From Phycisphaerae bacterium (lineage in GTDB: Bacteria > Planctomycetota > Phycisphaerae > UBA1845 > Fen-1342), in NCBI GenBank assembly GCA_963675745.2, contig CAXXWX010000007.1:97376-161375 (forward strand): a DNA stretch of 64,000 bases, given 5' to 3'. The position numbers and the translations under genes are program-made. Shown one piece after another: positions 1-8,718 of this stretch (the stretch's first letter is position 1; each line of letters opens with the position of its first letter). The notes beneath the pieces were generated by a model, which was not told the DNA's origin, made no database searches, and saw only the letters and a list, made by a program, of their open reading frames with translations.

Positions 1-120
1 GCGAATGCCGAGATTGTCGAACTGGAGACGTTTGGCGGCGAGTTGCCGTTCGTGGTATCGGCCGGTGACAACGGCGGGTTCCCCGTGATCTGGGTCATGG
101 ATGAATCTGAAGGAGTGTGA
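1..120 (+). CDS. 3' end of a gene truncated by the window edge, possibly an anti-sigma factor C-terminus
   Basis: Frame 1 is open from base 1 (ANAEIVELETFGGELPFVVSAGDNGGFPVIWVMDESEGV*). Its stop overlaps the next start (GTGTGA). The function is a guess from the VIWV-acidic tail. Confidence 0.45.
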   Translation, partial: ANAEIVELETFGGELPFVVSAGDNGGFPVIWVMDESEGV

Positions 121-584
121 TGATGAGACAGACGGCAACGATGCTCTGCGCCGCGGCGGTCTTGCTCGCGGCAGTTCCGCGTGCCAACGCGGCTGGCTCC
201 GACACCGTTCAGCTTCAGGTGCTGGCCATCCAGGCCACCACCAAGAACAAGGATATCTCGCCGCAGCTTAAACAGATCGCCGCGCAACTCAAGAAGCAGT
301 TCAAATACACCGGGTTCAAGCTGGTCGGACGCAGCACCGGCGCGGCGAAGCTCAGCGCCACGCACACGGCGAAACTCCCCGGCGGTTACGAGATGAAGCT
401 GACGCCGCTCAAACGTGAAGCCACGCGGATTCAGATCAAGATCGAAGTGACGCAGGTGCAGCATGGCAAGCGCAGCATCAAGCTGCGCACCACCGTGTGG
501 CTGACGCCGGGTAAGACCATGCTCGTGGGTGGCTGGCAGCTTTCCGGGGGAGACGTGCTCATCGCTGGTTTTTCAGCGAAGTAG
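117..584 (+). CDS. Secreted/periplasmic hypothetical protein
   Basis: Signal peptide ending ANA-A; Lys-rich beta-type mature part; typical high-GC3 codon use. Confidence 0.75.
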   Translation: MMMRQTATMLCAAAVLLAAVPRANAAGSDTVQLQVLAIQATTKNKDISPQLKQIAAQLKKQFKYTGFKLVGRSTGAAKLSATHTAKLPGGYEMKLTPLKREATRIQIKIEVTQVQHGKRSIKLRTTVWLTPGKTMLVGGWQLSGGDVLIAGFSAK

Positions 585-590
585 GCGAGT

Positions 591-870
591 GTAACGGCCT
601 GCGCCTCGCAGGCCGCATGAAGCAGGCAGTGCTTCCTCACGCCATACGACCGGCGAGGCGCCGGCCGCCACAACGCGTAGCCGCGGGGCGCCGGCTGCTA
701 CGACGGGTAGCTACGAGGCAGCTTCTCGGTTTCGAGAGAGATAGGCGGGTGAGTGCAAAGTAACGGCCTGCGCCTCGCAGGCCGCATGAAGCAGGCAGTG
801 CTTCCTCACGCCATACGGCCGGCGAGGCGCCGGCCGCTACAGCGCGTAGCCGCGGGGCGCCGGCCGCTAC
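591..870. repeat. Two tandem copies (period 169 bp) of a REP-like palindrome cluster, family A (GTAACGGCCTGCGCCTCGCAGGCCG...CGGCCGGCGAGGCGCCGGCCGCTAC)
   Basis: 591-701 and 760-870 are near identical; they lie between convergent genes. Confidence 0.85.
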
Positions 871-904
871 AACGGCAAGCCGCTGGGTGCGACGCGAGCG
901 ACTG

Positions 905-2071
905 TCAGGCTTTGCCCGCGCGTACCACGAGTTGCCCCGGGAGCCGCCGGATCAAGCCCTTGAGCTCCAAACCGGTCAACGCGGCCAGAACGTCGCCCGG
1001 GGGCAGATCGGCGGCGGCCATGACGGCATCCTGAAGCATGGCATCGAATCCGACCACGTTGAACACGCGCGATTCCGCCGCGGTCAGTTGCACAGTCGGC
1101 GGCGTCGATGCCGAGCCGGCCGGCGGGGGCTCCGCCGGCGCGCTGTCGGGCGGGTTCAGTTTCACGTGCATCATGTAACCGAGTTCGCCAAGCTCGCCCA
1201 GGATGTCTTCAAGGCACGTAACCAGCTTGCCGATTCCATCACGAATCAATACGTTCGTGCCGGCGGCGGCAGGTTCCTGAAGCCGCCCGGGGACCACAAA
1301 CACCTCGCGGTTGTAATCGTTGGCCAGACGCGCGGTGATCAGCGCACCGCTGCGCGTCGGCGCCTCGACCACCAGTGTGCCCAACGACAACCCGGCGATG
1401 ATACGATTGCGGGTGGGGAAGTTCTTCCGTTCAACCGACGACTGCATCGGCAACTCGCTGACCAGCGCGCCTTTTTCCATCAGCTTGGCCGCCAGGGCGC
1501 CATTCTCGGGCGGATAGATTTCGGTCAACCCGTTACCCAATACCGCGATCGAGCGGCCGCCCGCTTCAACCGCCCCGTGATGGGCGAGCGCGTCTATACC
1601 GCGCGCCAGACCACTGACCACCGTAAAGCCCGCCTGGGCCAGCAGTTCCCCGAAACGCCGGGCCTGCTCGCTGCCATAGATCGAGCAGCGGCGGGTGCCG
1701 ACGATGGCAATCGCGATCGCATCAGTCCGGCGTAGCTCACCCTTGACGTAGAGGACGATGGGCGGGTCGGCGATGCGCTTGAGTGCCTCGGGATACTCCT
1801 CATCGGCGGCGCAGATGATCCGCACGCCATGTTGCCCGGCCAAGCTGATCTCGGGCTCGATATCAACGGTATGCCGCTGGCGTGCGACGTTGTCCGCCTT
1901 GTTCGGCCCGATCCGCGACACTTGTCCGAGCTGCTGCGCCGATACCCCGAGCGCCTGCTCGGCGTCGCCGAACTGCCGCTGAATCCGGTCGAACGTGATT
2001 GGTCCGACGCCCTCAACGAGTGACCAACGCAGGTGAACGCGCCCGATTTCGGAGATGATCTCACTCATCAA
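905..2071 (-). CDS. dprA: DNA-processing protein DprA
   Basis: IAIVGTR, VSGLARGID, FPTRNRIIAGLS and SGALITA motifs, plus a C-terminal winged helix (LELKGLIRRLPG). Confidence 0.95.
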   Translation of the reverse strand: MMSEIISEIGRVHLRWSLVEGVGPITFDRIQRQFGDAEQALGVSAQQLGQVSRIGPNKADNVARQRHTVDIEPEISLAGQHGVRIICAADEEYPEALKRIADPPIVLYVKGELRRTDAIAIAIVGTRRCSIYGSEQARRFGELLAQAGFTVVSGLARGIDALAHHGAVEAGGRSIAVLGNGLTEIYPPENGALAAKLMEKGALVSELPMQSSVERKNFPTRNRIIAGLSLGTLVVEAPTRSGALITARLANDYNREVFVVPGRLQEPAAAGTNVLIRDGIGKLVTCLEDILGELGELGYMMHVKLNPPDSAPAEPPPAGSASTPPTVQLTAAESRVFNVVGFDAMLQDAVMAAADLPPGDVLAALTGLELKGLIRRLPGQLVVRAGKA

Positions 2072-2091
2072 TACCCCTCGCAGGCACGCTG

Positions 2092-4407
2092 TCAGTCAGC
2101 CTGCTTCCGATATGCGTGGCAGAAAGTCTGCCCGCCTCGTAGCGTAAACTTCTCGCCGGAGATCATAACCGGCAAGTCGATCTGTTGCCCATCGGCGACA
2201 TCAACGCGGACTTCGTCACGGTTGAGCGCGACGCTGCACACAACGCCGCGCAGCACCAGCTTGAAGCGCAGACCGTGCCAGCATGGCGGCAGGTTGGGGT
2301 TGATTCTCAGCCCCTGGTCGGACAAGTGGACACCGCCGAAACCGAAGACCGCCGCCATCCACGCACCACCGGCCGCCGTGCCGTGCAGGCCGGCGTATGT
2401 GTCTTTGCGCCCGGTCAGGTCTTCATCAAGATCGGCGCCCGCGGTAATCAGGAACTCCTGATACGCGCGCTCGAGGTCTCCCATGTCGGCGGCCATGATC
2501 GCATTCAGAGCGTGGCTCATCGAGGAGAAGTTCATGCTCTTGTCTTTGTAGAACTCCCAGTTGGCCCGCCGCACATCCTCCGGGAACTCGTCGCGGAAGA
2601 GCACATGCGCCATTACCACGTCGGGCTGATTCAGGGCCTGGTATGGGTAGACCTGCTCAAACCACACCGCGCGCTCACGCTCGAATCGTGGTGGCACCGG
2701 CTTGAGCGCGTAAAACCCCGCGCATTGTTCGAAGATGTTGCTTTCCGCATCGAATAGCAGCGTCAGCCGACCCGCAATATCCCACCACGTGCTGGTTTCG
2801 TCAGGTGCGAGCGCGAGCCGCTCGGCGACGGCGGCGTAGGTTTCCGGGGATGAGCCGCGCAGGGCTTCCAACACATGCGCCGCCCAGCTCAGATTCCGCC
2901 GCGCCAGGTAATTCGTGTAAAAGTCGCTAGCGACCCCGACGTGTCCCTCGTCCGGGCCGGTCACGTTTTGCAGATCGTAGGCCTGGCGCGTCTTGTCGTG
3001 CGTGACACGCGATGCGTAAAAGCGCGCCGTCTCGACGAGAACATCCACGCCGCGCTCGTGCATGAATACTTCGTCGCCGGTCGCCTGGTGATACTGCATC
3101 AGGCTGTAGACGACGTCCGCGTTTATGTGGATGTTCGTGTGCGTGAATTTCCACCAGTCGCCCAGGCACTCTTCGCCGCACGGGCCCGCCTGCCAGGCGA
3201 ACTTCGCCCCGCGGCAGCCGAGGGCACCGGCGATGGCGCGCCCCGCCTCGAGTCCCAGGTAGCGGGCGTGCAGCGCGCCGCGCGCCAGCTCGGGAAACGT
3301 GAAGAGATACGCCGGCGTGATGTACAGATCGGTGTCGTAGAACGTGTTGCCCTGGTAGTACTCCCCGGTCAGCAGCTTCACCGGCACGGTCAGCTTGTCG
3401 GTGTGCCACGGTGCCGCCGCGAAGAGATGGTAAAGGCAAAAACGCAAATGCTGTTGCGCCAAGTCGTCCCCGTCGATCTCGACGTCACCACGCTCCCACA
3501 CCCGTCCCCAGGCCCGGCGCTGCTCGGCCAACGCCTCGTCATAACCCGTCGCATGTGCGTCACTGAGCTCCTCGGCGGCATCGATCAGGGCACCATGACG
3601 CTCGTCCTCGGAACACGACAGCACGACGGCGCGATCCAGCGTGATCGGTTGCTGAGTCGGCGTGAACACGTACTCGGTATACACGCGCCCGTGCTCGATT
3701 ACGCCACGCACCTCGGGGGCGCCGTCGCTTACAAACGTGTGTTGAACCGCCAACTCGACCACATGGCCGCGCGCGGGTGTGCGCACGTTCATGATGCACC
3801 GGGCACCGGGCGTCGCCGCGCGTTCGGTGATGGCGAATTGTCGTTGCCCGGTGGTGTTTGAGTGCACCTCGCCGTCGATGCCGCTCAGCAGGCGGACCGG
3901 TGCCGTATGGTCCAGCGCGGTGACGGTGTAGCGCATGTGCAGTTGATGAACGCGTGTCAGCGAGGCGAAACGCGTCATTGAAATGCGCGTGGCGCGATTG
4001 TGCCTGTCACGGACATCCAGTTCATAGCCGTACACGCCGGTGCTGAGATCGAGCGTCTGCTCAAAACGCACTACGTCACAACGCGTCAGCGTCAGCTCTT
4101 CGTTGCCGACGAACAGACGCACGAAAAGCGGGTTTGGTAGGTTCGCCACGGCCGGGCTCGCACCGGCGGTATCGAACCTGGTCTCATCCAGATACGGCCG
4201 CGGCTGGTCCGACGGCCGAATCAGGCTGAACATGTCGAGTTCGTCATAGATCCCGGCCAGCAGGGTGACGGGGCAATAGCCGTCGCGGTCTTCAGCCACG
4301 TGGCCCTTTAGCCCCAGGTAGCCGTTGGAGACCGTAAACACGCTGTTGTGCTGCCCGAGAGCGTGGGCGTCGTGGCGGGTGTTCGTGATCTTCCAGGTAT
4401 CAATCAT
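2092..4407 (-). CDS. Glycoside hydrolase family 65 (alpha-glucoside phosphorylase/hydrolase-like)
   Basis: N-terminal SNGYLGLKG, HINADV and the catalytic GPDE motif; ~770 aa. The ATG at 4407 overlaps the upstream stop. Confidence 0.9.
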   Translation of the reverse strand: MIDTWKITNTRHDAHALGQHNSVFTVSNGYLGLKGHVAEDRDGYCPVTLLAGIYDELDMFSLIRPSDQPRPYLDETRFDTAGASPAVANLPNPLFVRLFVGNEELTLTRCDVVRFEQTLDLSTGVYGYELDVRDRHNRATRISMTRFASLTRVHQLHMRYTVTALDHTAPVRLLSGIDGEVHSNTTGQRQFAITERAATPGARCIMNVRTPARGHVVELAVQHTFVSDGAPEVRGVIEHGRVYTEYVFTPTQQPITLDRAVVLSCSEDERHGALIDAAEELSDAHATGYDEALAEQRRAWGRVWERGDVEIDGDDLAQQHLRFCLYHLFAAAPWHTDKLTVPVKLLTGEYYQGNTFYDTDLYITPAYLFTFPELARGALHARYLGLEAGRAIAGALGCRGAKFAWQAGPCGEECLGDWWKFTHTNIHINADVVYSLMQYHQATGDEVFMHERGVDVLVETARFYASRVTHDKTRQAYDLQNVTGPDEGHVGVASDFYTNYLARRNLSWAAHVLEALRGSSPETYAAVAERLALAPDETSTWWDIAGRLTLLFDAESNIFEQCAGFYALKPVPPRFERERAVWFEQVYPYQALNQPDVVMAHVLFRDEFPEDVRRANWEFYKDKSMNFSSMSHALNAIMAADMGDLERAYQEFLITAGADLDEDLTGRKDTYAGLHGTAAGGAWMAAVFGFGGVHLSDQGLRINPNLPPCWHGLRFKLVLRGVVCSVALNRDEVRVDVADGQQIDLPVMISGEKFTLRGGQTFCHAYRKQAD

Positions 4408-5821
4408 GTCTACCACGGCTTTCCAGCTCCGCCTCGTCGTCGGGCAAACACAGGTTCTCCAGCAGGATCAGCTCGGGCAACCCGCCGTTGATGACCTGCG
4501 TGGCGGCCTGGTAATTCTGTCGGCTCGTATCATGATTGGGTAGTGCGATCGCACATCCGATACCGGCGGCCCGCAAGGCGACAATCCCCGGCTCCGTGTC
4601 CTCGAGGCCCACGACGCAGGGATACTGGCGGCGCGGGATGGAGATTTGAAACAACGCCAGGCTGTAGAGGTCGCGGTGTGGCTTGAGCCGCGTCTCACAG
4701 GCGTCGGACGCGCACACGAAGCCGTCAAACACCGCGCGATAGTCCGCCAGTTCGGCTGTCAGACGATCCCGGTGTTCCGCGGCCAGCGGCCAGTCGCTGA
4801 TGCGTTCCTTGACGACCTCGATTACCTCGCGCATGCACGCACGCGTCTCATACGCGATCGACGCCGTGACCAGGGCCAGCTTGGCGGGCTCGCTGCGGAA
4901 GTGCTCGGCGAGGCGGGTCAGGCGCGGGCGGCTGCGATCGACCTCGGCCGCGTCGTACCCCAAGCCTGTCAGGTGTGTGCGCAACTGCTCGTACAGGGCA
5001 TCCACCTCGGGGCCGAGCCAGCCCTTGATCAGCGCCAGAAACACATCATAGCCCGGCATCGGCTCAATCAGTCGGCGGTTGCTCGCGCCGAGCAGCTCCG
5101 CGCTCAACGCCGCGCCGCGGCCGGCTTCGATTTCACGCATGATTGCATGGTAGCGGTAGTAGTAGATATCCAGCGCCGCGCCGACCAGCGCGCTCTCGTG
5201 CTCACAGTGAAACGACGCCCCATCACGTTCAACCAGCGGCTTGACAAGCGTGCCGACGTTGTCGGCGGTTACGGACTGGCCTTGCGTCAGTTTGACAAAC
5301 TCAGGGTCGCTCAGCAGCCGTCGCAGGCCCGCGTTGGTCGCGTTGAGCGTGATGTCGCGCCTGCGCTGAGGATCGTCCATACACGCCAGCGTCCAGCAGA
5401 GCGCCTCAAAATACGCCTGCGTGAATTCCGCGTGGTCAATCGCCGAGCGATAACGCCGCACCAGAAACTCGGTGTGCCGGAAATTGCTGTTGCCGATCAC
5501 GAAGGGGTGGTCTTCGATCGGTTCAAGCCCGGGCCACGTGTTGCGATCCACGCGATTTGTCAGACGCCGTACCATGTACTCCAAAGCGTGCAGCGCCAGC
5601 GGCTCCGTCGTGGTGCTCGTGCCGTCCATGTCAACGGCAAAGGCGACGATGCGCTCCAGCGGCATGGAGACGCGGGGGGCCAGCGGGTAAATTTCGTATG
5701 GCGCGTGGGCGTAATCCAGGTTGCGCACACGCGCGAATTCGGTGGCTCCCAGCTTGGAAGCGGCTTCCGTCAGCGCGTCGCGCGCCTCGTCGATGTCGTG
5801 ATATTGCACCAATTCAGACAT
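4400..5821 (-). CDS. HAD-superfamily phosphatase / beta-phosphoglucomutase-like protein with a large cap insertion
   Basis: Motif I DMDGT, motif II LVTAS, motif III KPH, motif IV LEDTEPGI; translationally coupled to the GH65 gene. Confidence 0.8.
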   Translation of the reverse strand: MSELVQYHDIDEARDALTEAASKLGATEFARVRNLDYAHAPYEIYPLAPRVSMPLERIVAFAVDMDGTSTTTEPLALHALEYMVRRLTNRVDRNTWPGLEPIEDHPFVIGNSNFRHTEFLVRRYRSAIDHAEFTQAYFEALCWTLACMDDPQRRRDITLNATNAGLRRLLSDPEFVKLTQGQSVTADNVGTLVKPLVERDGASFHCEHESALVGAALDIYYYRYHAIMREIEAGRGAALSAELLGASNRRLIEPMPGYDVFLALIKGWLGPEVDALYEQLRTHLTGLGYDAAEVDRSRPRLTRLAEHFRSEPAKLALVTASIAYETRACMREVIEVVKERISDWPLAAEHRDRLTAELADYRAVFDGFVCASDACETRLKPHRDLYSLALFQISIPRRQYPCVVGLEDTEPGIVALRAAGIGCAIALPNHDTSRQNYQAATQVINGGLPELILLENLCLPDDEAELESRGRHD

Positions 5822-5861
5822 TTATGCGGCCAATCCTGGTTGGGGGAATCTCGTTGTCGTG

Positions 5862-6809
5862 CTAGCTCGCGTTCGTGTGCGGCAGGTCGGCGAAGAACGC
5901 CGCCTCGCGGTCGCGTGCCTGGCGGATGATCGCCGGCATATCCACCGGGGCGTCCTGACGCGGACCGCCCCGGGTTGGCAGGTCGGCCAGATATCCCGCC
6001 ACGTCTTCACACGTCGCGGCCCAGCGTTGCGCCGTTGGCCTTGACGCGGTTGTCAGCTTCGGCTCAATGCGGCGCAGCCAGGCACCCATGTGACGGCGTG
6101 CGGAATGCGCGCATGACGCCAGCACGCGGGTGTCAGCTTCGGGCTCGGCTGATTCGGCCACCTCTGCCCACGCGTCGTACGCTTGGTATCCAAACAGAGC
6201 GTCGAACATCGCGGCGTACGCACCGTTCCATGATCGCGTGGCCACTTGCAAGGCATGGTTGAACAGCCTGTCCGCAGTCAAAGCGCCAATGGCCATGGTG
6301 TTGATATCCTCGACCACGTAAACCTGCCAGGCCGGGCCGCCGAGTTCGATGAGCCTGTCCGCATGGCCGACGGTCTTGCCAAAAAGCCCGCCGTGGTCGG
6401 CCTTTGTGATCACTCCCCACTCGCGCTCGGCCGGCGTCGGCCAACCGCGCCAGGCGAGGCAAACTTGCCGCGCTTCCAACGCCCGCACCATCAGTGGTGC
6501 ATAGCTGTCCCGAAAGTGCATCTCGAATTCGGCTGAGCTTTCAAGCCCGATGGTGGCTGCGGTGGGGTGCAGCTCGCGCAGGCGAAGACCAAATAGCTCG
6601 GCGGTCGCTGGCAGTGCCACATCGCGCGCGTGCGCCGGCCACTCGATCACCGGTTGACCCGCCAGCGCGACGGTTGCGGTGCCCAGTGCGAGCGTTCCGA
6701 GCAATTCGTCATATGCAGCTTCGCTGTCGCGAGTCGCCAGCAGTGCGCGCAGCGCAATTGCCAGCGACTCGTGCTCATCCGGTCCTTGAATCCACTTCAG
6801 ATCCGCCAC
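5862..6809 (-). CDS. Hypothetical protein
   Basis: 315-aa ORF with GGAGG upstream of the GTG start; first gene of a co-directional minus-strand run. Confidence 0.65.
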   Translation of the reverse strand: MADLKWIQGPDEHESLAIALRALLATRDSEAAYDELLGTLALGTATVALAGQPVIEWPAHARDVALPATAELFGLRLRELHPTAATIGLESSAEFEMHFRDSYAPLMVRALEARQVCLAWRGWPTPAEREWGVITKADHGGLFGKTVGHADRLIELGGPAWQVYVVEDINTMAIGALTADRLFNHALQVATRSWNGAYAAMFDALFGYQAYDAWAEVAESAEPEADTRVLASCAHSARRHMGAWLRRIEPKLTTASRPTAQRWAATCEDVAGYLADLPTRGGPRQDAPVDMPAIIRQARDREAAFFADLPHTNAS

Positions 6810-6979
6810 ACGCTCACCTCCGCAAAGCAGCCGCGCAGCCTACCACACTACGCAAGCGCGATCATCAGCTTATGCGCGATTGTCGCGATTCGGCACGAGC
6901 GTTGCTCCTACCCATATGGCCCTGCCGCAGCGTGCGTTTTGCAGGGCACTTATAAGTGTCATCGCGAGCGGAGCTTACG

Positions 6980-7270
6980 ATGAAAAAGACGCAATCGTCA
7001 GTGGTCGGAATCGGACGAAGATGCAGCACAATCTGCCGAGCGGGCGCAATGGCTGCGGTCGCGGGCATCTGTCTCGCCTGTGTCGGCGGCTGCCCGGATG
7101 CAGGTCCGGAGCTAGAGAAGGACTTCCGTGCCGCCGCCGCCGGTACCATGGAGGCCGGTCTGAAGCAGATCGCCGACGGCTGGATCTCTGGCATGTTCGC
7201 CATCTTCGAGCCGGAAGACAGCACGGGCGACACATCGACCACGTCAACGGCGTCTGAAACGACGGAATGA
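6980..7270 (+). CDS. Small hypothetical lipoprotein
   Basis: Basic N-terminus, hydrophobic stretch, VGG-C lipobox-like site, acidic Thr-rich tail; GGAG upstream. Confidence 0.55.
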   Translation: MKKTQSSVVGIGRRCSTICRAGAMAAVAGICLACVGGCPDAGPELEKDFRAAAAGTMEAGLKQIADGWISGMFAIFEPEDSTGDTSTTSTASETTE

Positions 7271-7710
7271 GGTCGCGACCGGCCCACATTCGCCTCAAAA
7301 TCGAGCACTAATGCGACCTCAGCCGCGTATGCGGTATGCTCATGTCGCGTAGTACTTGCCTTGGTTCCTCCTGGTGAATCAGGCGTGATTGTGGCGCGTT
7401 GTGGTCGGGGGCCGCAATAAAGCTCTATTATGTGGCGTTTGCGGGTGCCCTCTGTCCTGGATTCGCTGTCTGGCGTGCTTCGTGGCGTAGGTGCCGCTGC
7501 CTATACGCCATAGTCGAGTGATTTATCGGGGTTTCTTCGTCGGCTATCAAATGGCCGATGCATCCCGATGGCCGCCCTGCGCGCGTTTCACAATCGATGG
7601 AATCCATGCGCTCATCACCTCGTGCCATTTGACCATCACTGCCTCTGGCGGAAGAATAGCCGACTCACCACGCCGTCGTGGTGGAGCGACCTTGATGCCC
7701 GAGGATAGCG

Positions 7711-8544
7711 GTGATGCGGATTCGACTGGCCCACAGCCCCGACCCGGATGATGCGTTCATGTTCTACGGCCTCGCCTGCGGTGCCGTTGACCCGGGGCCG
7801 TATGAGTTTGAGCACGTCCTTGAAGATATCCAGACGTTGAACGACCGGGCGACGCGCGGCGAGTACGAGGTCACCGCTATCAGCATTCACGCGTATCCGC
7901 ACGTCGCTGACAAATACCGCCTGACCTCGTGCGGTAGCAGCATGGGGGACAACTACGGCCCCATGATCGTCACGCGCGAAGCGATGACGATCGAGGCACT
8001 GAGAGGACGGACGATCGCCGTACCCGGTCTGATGACCACGGCGTACCTGACGCTGCAACTGTTGCTGGGCAAGGGCGCATTTGAGCCGAAGGTCGTGATG
8101 TTCGACGAGATCCCGGACGCCGTCGTGGCCGGAGAGGTGGACGCCGGGCTGCTCATTCACGAGGGGCAACTCACGTATCAAAAACACGGGCTGCACCTGG
8201 TGGTGGATCTGGGGCAATGGTGGATGGAGCGCACCGGCCTGCCGCTACCGCTGGGCGGCAACGTTGTACGGCGTGATCTCGGCGAGGAGCACTGTCGCGA
8301 GATTACACGCCTGGTGCGCGAGACAATTCAATACGGGCTCGCAAACCGTGCGAAGGCTGTCGAGTACGCCCTGCAATTCGGCCGCGGGCTTGACACGGGC
8401 CTGGCTGACCGTTTTGTGGGGATGTACGTGAACGATTGGACCGTTGATTACGGCCCGCGCGGACGTGAGGCGGTCCAACGGCTGTTGAGCGAAGGCGCCG
8501 CCGCCGGTCTTGTCCCGGACCCCGGCACGATTGACTTTCTCTAG
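7711..8544 (+). CDS. mqnD: 1,4-dihydroxy-6-naphthoate synthase (futalosine menaquinone pathway)
   Basis: HSPDPDDAFMF, PGLMTTA, IHEGQ, LPLPLG and MYVN motifs. Confidence 0.9.
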   Translation: MMRIRLAHSPDPDDAFMFYGLACGAVDPGPYEFEHVLEDIQTLNDRATRGEYEVTAISIHAYPHVADKYRLTSCGSSMGDNYGPMIVTREAMTIEALRGRTIAVPGLMTTAYLTLQLLLGKGAFEPKVVMFDEIPDAVVAGEVDAGLLIHEGQLTYQKHGLHLVVDLGQWWMERTGLPLPLGGNVVRRDLGEEHCREITRLVRETIQYGLANRAKAVEYALQFGRGLDTGLADRFVGMYVNDWTVDYGPRGREAVQRLLSEGAAAGLVPDPGTIDFL

Positions 8545-8579
8545 CGCGTTCTCGGCGACGTCGTATTTGCAGTGTCCCA

Positions 8580-8604
8580 CGGCCGGCGAGGCGCCGGCCG
8601 TTAC
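8580..8604. repeat. Single REP-like palindrome, family A
   Basis: CGGCCGGCGAGGCGCCGGCCGTTAC. Confidence 0.75.
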
Positions 8605-8718
8605 ATTGGCCTGGCGGGCGACAGCACGGCCATACGCCGTGGATGACTGCCGTGCCGGGCCGAGGCGAGCCGCGTTGTCACAAGACGCGTGGGAGCATAC
8701 GTGGTATAAGCACCGTCC

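Noticed and set aside
591..870. CRISPR array
   Set aside because: The spacers are themselves duplicated, the units are inverted palindromes, and there are no cas genes.
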